Below are positions 58,417 to 64,000 of a DNA stretch of 64,000 bases, piece by piece. Made by a program: the position numbers and the translations under genes. Location: contig NC_134025.1 of NCBI RefSeq assembly GCF_964204645.1, positions 7,006,001 through 7,070,000 of the forward strand, given 5' to 3'. Positions within the stretch are counted from its first letter, which is position 1. Every line of letters begins with the position of its first letter. A model generated the notes under the pieces. The model saw nothing but the letters and a program-made list of their open reading frames with translations, was not told the origin of the DNA and searched no databases. This DNA comes from Tubulanus polymorphus (taxonomy: Eukaryota > Animalia > Nemertea).

Positions 58417-61400
58417 CATACATATACACACATTTCGCCAAGTGTACATCGATATTTAAATCCTGCGGAATCAAATCAATCCCATGTTACTGAATGAGCT
58501 CGTAGCGATGGCATGTTGAATGAACTGGAGCATGTATATGTTTGATCAATGGCTTCTCTTCGCATTCAACTCCCTGAGAGAAGGGATTGGCATTAAGACA
58601 TTTTCATAGTCATACCCATAGCGCTGGATAATGGTCTAATTCTTCTGTGAATATACATTCATGCTTTGGTTCACCTGCAGTAAACATTCAATACCAGGCA
58701 CACACACACATACATATATATTCGTTATATACATATGTTTGCTTTTAAGTACCTTTATTTTAATTCCTACCTATGCGGAGAAAAAAAACTGTTCGAAATA
58801 AAGGCTCCGGAAAAACAAACATTCTATGATCAGCTGACTTTTAATTCTGACGCAAACGCCACTGGTTTCTGCCGTTTTCATAAAGTTTTCAAAGTCTAGA
58901 CAATTTGCTAAGACGAATTTAAACTTTTTGAAAAGTCATGACCTGTACCTATAGATTCTTAGGTCAACAGGTTAACAACACTAAAAACTTGAATGTTCGA
59001 CTCTCAAGTGGTTCATCTGACAAAAAATGCAAACAAACTGACCAAACCATAAATATTTACCCACTTCAATGTGATAAAGACAAGCTATCATATCTTGAAA
59101 TGTAAAGACCTGGATGTCTGGTCTTGTCCGTTGAGCCAGACAGAAAAAGGCTAAAATGATGGGATTGACCAGAGACCAATTGTGCACAGGTCTTCTCAAT
59201 AAGATGGCAACAATAAGGGTGCAAGATTTTATGCCTTAAAATGCTTACTTAGAAGCAAGGGAGAACCCGAGATCGATAATAACCACATACACAACAGATA
59301 GTACTCAGGCTTTATCGTCCCATGCTTATGAAGGCCTACATCATATCTAAATTCTTGGAATTGGCCTAACGGAAAGAAAGCCAAGATGTGAAATACGAGG
59401 CCCATGAAAACAAGCGCACGTTTACAGATATTTCTATGAGCAGTACAAAGCCAAATATCGATATGGGTAACTTGTGTTTTTACAGCGAATTCCGGGCTGC
59501 ACATTTCAGCAGTATATACACACAGTGTCTCGGCTGTGTCACTATTTTTATGGCATACTTGCGCGGAAGAAAGTCTTCCAGCTCACACACGCTTATGATA
59601 ATACGACGGTAAGTCTTTGTTGGGGCAAGATGCTGATGATCCAAACGTAAGGTTACCGCAGTATACAATCATATACGGATTTGAAACAGTTCATCGGAAG
59701 GTTTCAAATACTTCCCTAGAATGCAGTATACATAGCGCAGGGTACATACAGAACTGCAACTTTCAAATTTAAGGGTTATTCGAGGGGCTTTGAGGGTTAT
59801 AACCACCGAAATTTGACGGGCATTTTAAGATTAACTACGAACTTCAAGTTACTGTTTCTCAACTGCTGAATAAATAGGAGGGATCTAGGACTTTTGAAGG
59901 GCTAAATCCTTGAAATTGTCACCTTGTTTGAAACGAATTGTTCTTAAAAACTACGCAATTAAAAAGATTTTCTAAGGCACATTTCTCGGAATTTGAGGGC
60001 CCATGGGCTAAAAACTCAGAATCTGAGGGTTTTTGTACCCTCAAAATGGAATCTTGGAATTTAAGGGATTTGAAGGACTGTAGGAACCCTGCACGAAATA
60101 GATACAGCAGTCCTGTGGCACCTTGAAGCACATCCCGAATACTAAAAACACTTAGTACTGGTAATAACACATCAAGTATCAGTTATCTTTCTTAAAAGAT
60201 ACTTCTCAATCTCTCAAAAAGACCCTCGTCATTCTTCTTCTAAGTAAAACGCGTAGCCTCAATCCTGCAGACTGAACTGAAGGCAAACATTTAACATTCA
60301 GCTATCAACCACGCTCTCACTAACTGAATCGAATGCTATACCAATTACTTCACTGGTAAAAACAACTGAATTTCAAGAGGCAAATGAACAAATAGCCAAC
60401 AAAAGCTCAAGCTTGGTTAAGTAACCGCTGCAAGAAAACTATGCCAGACAAAATGACCAAGTCACGAGTGTCCCAAAAATGTGGCCAGCTATTAGACTTG
60501 CTTTCCCCTGACTTTCCCGAGATGAACGTTTTTTCACCGACTTGATCTGCTTGCTATAAGAATCTAATCAATTAACACAGTCAAATATACGCAAGTCATA
60601 GACGGAAACTGTTTGATTATGTAACGCCCGATCTAGCAATCCCCTGACTATTCCCATACTTTTTTAAAGATAAGAAATTTCCCTGATTGCCAGGTAAGTG
60701 GCCACCCAGTCCCGACTCTGATGATTGCAGATGAACCGCGTCTACTGACCTTCTAGTAAATCTTCGATTGCCCGTCGAATTCCTCTTTCAAAAGCCTTAG
60801 CATCAGCCGTATTCTGGAACGTCAGACCAAACTTTTTATCCTCGGTCCGCCAATGATGGAACGTAGGGGTCGCCTTCGTATATTGGACGTCCTTTTTGAG
60901 AGGACAGTTCAAAACGATCTAAAACAAAACAATAGTTGCCAGAGATGAAGCGTGCGTGACTGTTGGTTTTTTTTAGGGGGGGGGGGCTGATAATTCCACC
61001 ATATCTTCATTTTAAAAAATTTCACTCATGGAATATTAAGCGATAATGTATGATAAAGTGTTGCAGTTTTTTTATTGCATATTTCCACGATATCGATAAA
61101 GGTACTAGAGGGTCTTTAGATTTCAACTATATAACACTTTCCTGACTTCGCAAACTTTTAACAACATGTAGCCTACTGGCAGGCAGCCAAGGTTAAAGCT
61201 GGAAATCCTCAAAAGATTAACATTTTTTCATATAATGTAACCCAGTGTATATACAGCATAATGCACGGACTGTATAACCTCGGCTATGTTTTATGTTACA
61301 TGTAAAAAACATCATATATACTGTTGAATTTGCTACAATCCAAGATTCCGGAATTTATATTCTGAAACAAGAAACTGTTCATGTATCTAGTGCCTAATAA

Positions 61401-63927
61401 ATTTCATTTTATGATGCAGTAAAGTAAGAACACTTTAGTTCTTAGCTCCTGAGTTATTCACCAAGTTACAAGGCGACAAAATAATAGAGGACCGTTAATA
61501 TCATTGCTTTAATATCATTTATAGGCCTTTTATTCATAATCAAGTCTAAAACTCCCTGAATTTAACTTAACTACGCCGGGGTGTTCATAATGGATTTTGT
61601 TTGCGCTACGGCAATTTGATTAACAGCGTAACTAATACAATCCAGATTTAAACACAGTCCCATTTATGGAGAATATGGTGTGACACTGATTAGGCCAGCG
61701 CACCACTGTATTACAGTGACCTAGGTCAATCAACAATTTATACAGCACTCTTGAGAGTGGATAATTGAGCCTGAATGCTATTTCTTCACGGCTGAAATTT
61801 GTATCAATTACCAAGATCCAGCGTGGTGGCCATTACATTGGATAATAGCTTTGGCCTATATGTTTGTATAATACCAAAAAAAAAATTATTCATAGATTGG
61901 GGAAGGAGTAATACATGTCATCAGTTACATGTACAGTAGGTAGCAAAGCATATTGGAAGCTACAATATAGAGCTATAATAGAGCGAATGAGAATGCAACA
62001 AGCAATTTCTTAAATCATCAATTACATTATCGCACAAGTTAATGAATTGTAAACACGATAAACTTCATATCGAAGCATAAGAATGGGTCAAGGTGAAAAA
62101 TTACAAAACTGCTGCCAGTGCGTTTCATGGAATTGTAATAGCTAATTGATTTAATGTGGAGAAACAGCTTTATTGCCATGTGTGTTCAGTTCACTCCAAA
62201 CAAAGACCTGACATTGTCTGTCTTTCTGTGAATTCTGTCCATACATATATTTTACACGTCCTTATAGATACACAAAGACAACAGTAAAAAACGTTGTGAC
62301 TGTCACAACTATGGTAAAAACTCTGATTTAGGTCCAATCTTTTTGCACCAAACAGATGACGGAAACTATTAAAAAACTTGAACACATAATACAAAGCAAA
62401 TTTTTCCCTATATCTTAAGTTCTAAAAGGCCAAAAATGTATCAGAGTTCTCATATCTACGTAATAAGGAGTTTTCACGGAGAAAATTTCATACTTCAAGG
62501 AAGCATCTGCATCGCTCTTTTATTTCCCAATTTCATTAGTCCTATATCAGACTGCTTATCTCGGTAAACTGTTACTTCAGTGGTTTTATTAACTAATTTT
62601 CATCCTTGACTACTGAACTCAATTTCTAATTCGGTAACCGCATCTAATAGGGTAACAAAAAGATCCTGGTTCTAACTGTATCGATTCTGGCATAGCCTGC
62701 GTACAACGCGAGCCTATTTCTCAAAATTAAAGGAGCTTTTAAAGGAGTTTCGAGCACCTTTTCTGTTTTTAGGAGTTTTTAGTGAATCAAGGGGTCGCAG
62801 GGGCCTTGTCACTTTTACCAGGACTTACCGTGTTATCACACATCCTCTGACCGTAGATCAGGTAGTCGTGCTTGATATCCCCATCCCCGATTGAACAAAC
62901 CCGCTTTTTCAGGCCGACTTTACTGAGGCCGCCGCCACCCATCGGCACCCAGCCTACGATTTCATCATCTCTCGTCATGACTTGTGCTTTCACCTGCACA
63001 AGTGTGTCATCACTGAAATAAACAGCAAAAAGCAAAAGTTGAATAAATGCCTCAGATGAATGACCAGCTGTACGACAATTTACACGTCCTCTTAATCATT
63101 CGACCTCCAATCGGAATAATTCTGTCTATTTGCCGCAGGCGATCTGAGTCAATAATGAAACAAATATCAAAATCAAACGACGACCTTCTATTTTTTGAAA
63201 CAAAGTATTTTAAAAAAAATCGATGGGTATTTAAACAAACATTCGAGGCACTGCCACTTAATAAATAGATAGATAAAACAATCGATTGCATCATATTTTC
63301 CTGGAATAACTGTGCACTCAAAAACGCGTTTTATTGCTCGAACATCTGTTCCGATAAAATTCAATTAAATATTGAAATGACAAGACCTGAAGTTAAGATC
63401 AAGGGTCCGATCTGACTATGGCAGTATTGGCTCATAAAGTCAGCCTATGTGGAGGACTGTGGAAAAAACGATCTTTCCAGACTATCCTCAGCATGTAAAT
63501 AACAAGTGATAGAACTTGGCATTCCCAGTATAAGTAAACCGCACGATTCAACCATTAAGCAACAAGTTTCAATATATTTTCCGATGTGAACTAAGCCAAA
63601 TTGCATATACTGGCTCGTTCTCAACAACACATCTATGTAGCCTAACCAGGGCGATGCTTGAGAGAGACGCCTGACCTAGATACATGCATCCAAATGTTCA
63701 GTTTTCGATGATTTTAGATTTAACAATCCAGGGGTGGCAGCCACCTGCACGGCAACTTACTGACTTACACGAGCCCGAGCCACAGGAGGATCTGAATCAT
63801 CGCCAAACCACAGGAATGTAATTAGAAGATCAGGATCATTTAGAACAGATTAAGCCAAGTTTACGTACAAACACACGGGCGGCTATGAAATTGCGGTTTT
63901 TTTTACTTACTTGGAACGCATTAACAT
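55415..63927 (-). CDS. SPRED: Sprouty-related EVH1 domain-containing protein
   Basis: Putative first coding exon 63927-63911 (MLMRSN, donor GTAAGT, correct phase 2). EVH1 exons 63012-62829 ([28 protein letters not shown]) and 60918-60750 ([26 protein letters not shown]). Linker exon 56823-56759. Last exon 56317-55415 has the Cys-rich SPR domain ([43 protein letters not shown]). Confidence 0.94.
58360..58412. repeat. (TA)n microsatellite
   Basis: About 26 TA units. It explains the YIYI ORFs in the track. Confidence 0.97.
59738..60091. mobile_element. Non-autonomous DNA element with CAGGG termini (hAT-like) in a SPRED intron
   Basis: CAGGGTACATACAG ... CTGTAGGAACCCTG (12/14 inverted match), with repeated internal TTT(G/A)AGGG motifs. 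No clear TSD. Confidence 0.55.
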
Positions 63928-64000
63928 TCTCTCCTTAAATAGGGGGTGTATGGGTGCAGTGCACCGGATAGGGACAAATAGAAAGTTGACAGATAGACGA

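Noticed and set aside
58235-58474. YIYI-repeat ORFs
   Set aside because: Products of the (TA)n microsatellite.

Overview
AT-rich, intron-containing animal genomic DNA with compact genes and short (about 70-100 nt) GT-AG introns. A marine invertebrate bilaterian is my inference; the species cannot be fixed from this window. Reconstructing exons by eye gives 11 protein-coding genes: an unknown coiled-coil protein (-), an intronless rhodopsin-type peptide GPCR (+), ERMARD/C6orf70 (+, almost invisible in the ORF track, with two intact HEPN Rx4H motifs), selenoprotein N (+), DDHD1-like phospholipase A1 (-), an SLC25A45-like mitochondrial carrier (-), MSK/RPS6KA5 (+), an unknown ~626-aa PLDLS-motif protein (-), SAYSD1 (+), COG2 (-) and SPRED (-). 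A tRNA-Cys(GCA) gene lies antisense in an ERMARD intron. The best-supported unusual feature is a complete selenocysteine recoding cassette in SELENON: an in-frame UGA in DDQSC-U-GSGR, an SRE hairpin 6 nt downstream, and a type II SECIS about 1 kb into the 3' UTR. A TA-flanked MITE carrying its own AATAAA sits between the stop codon and the SECIS. Other points of interest are a probable GC-AG intron, candidate microexons in DDHD1, a SIM-like tail on MSK, uORFs, and several MITE/foldback elements. No CRISPR array, rRNA or prokaryotic system is seen. Gene identities rest on recalled family motifs, not on database searches.
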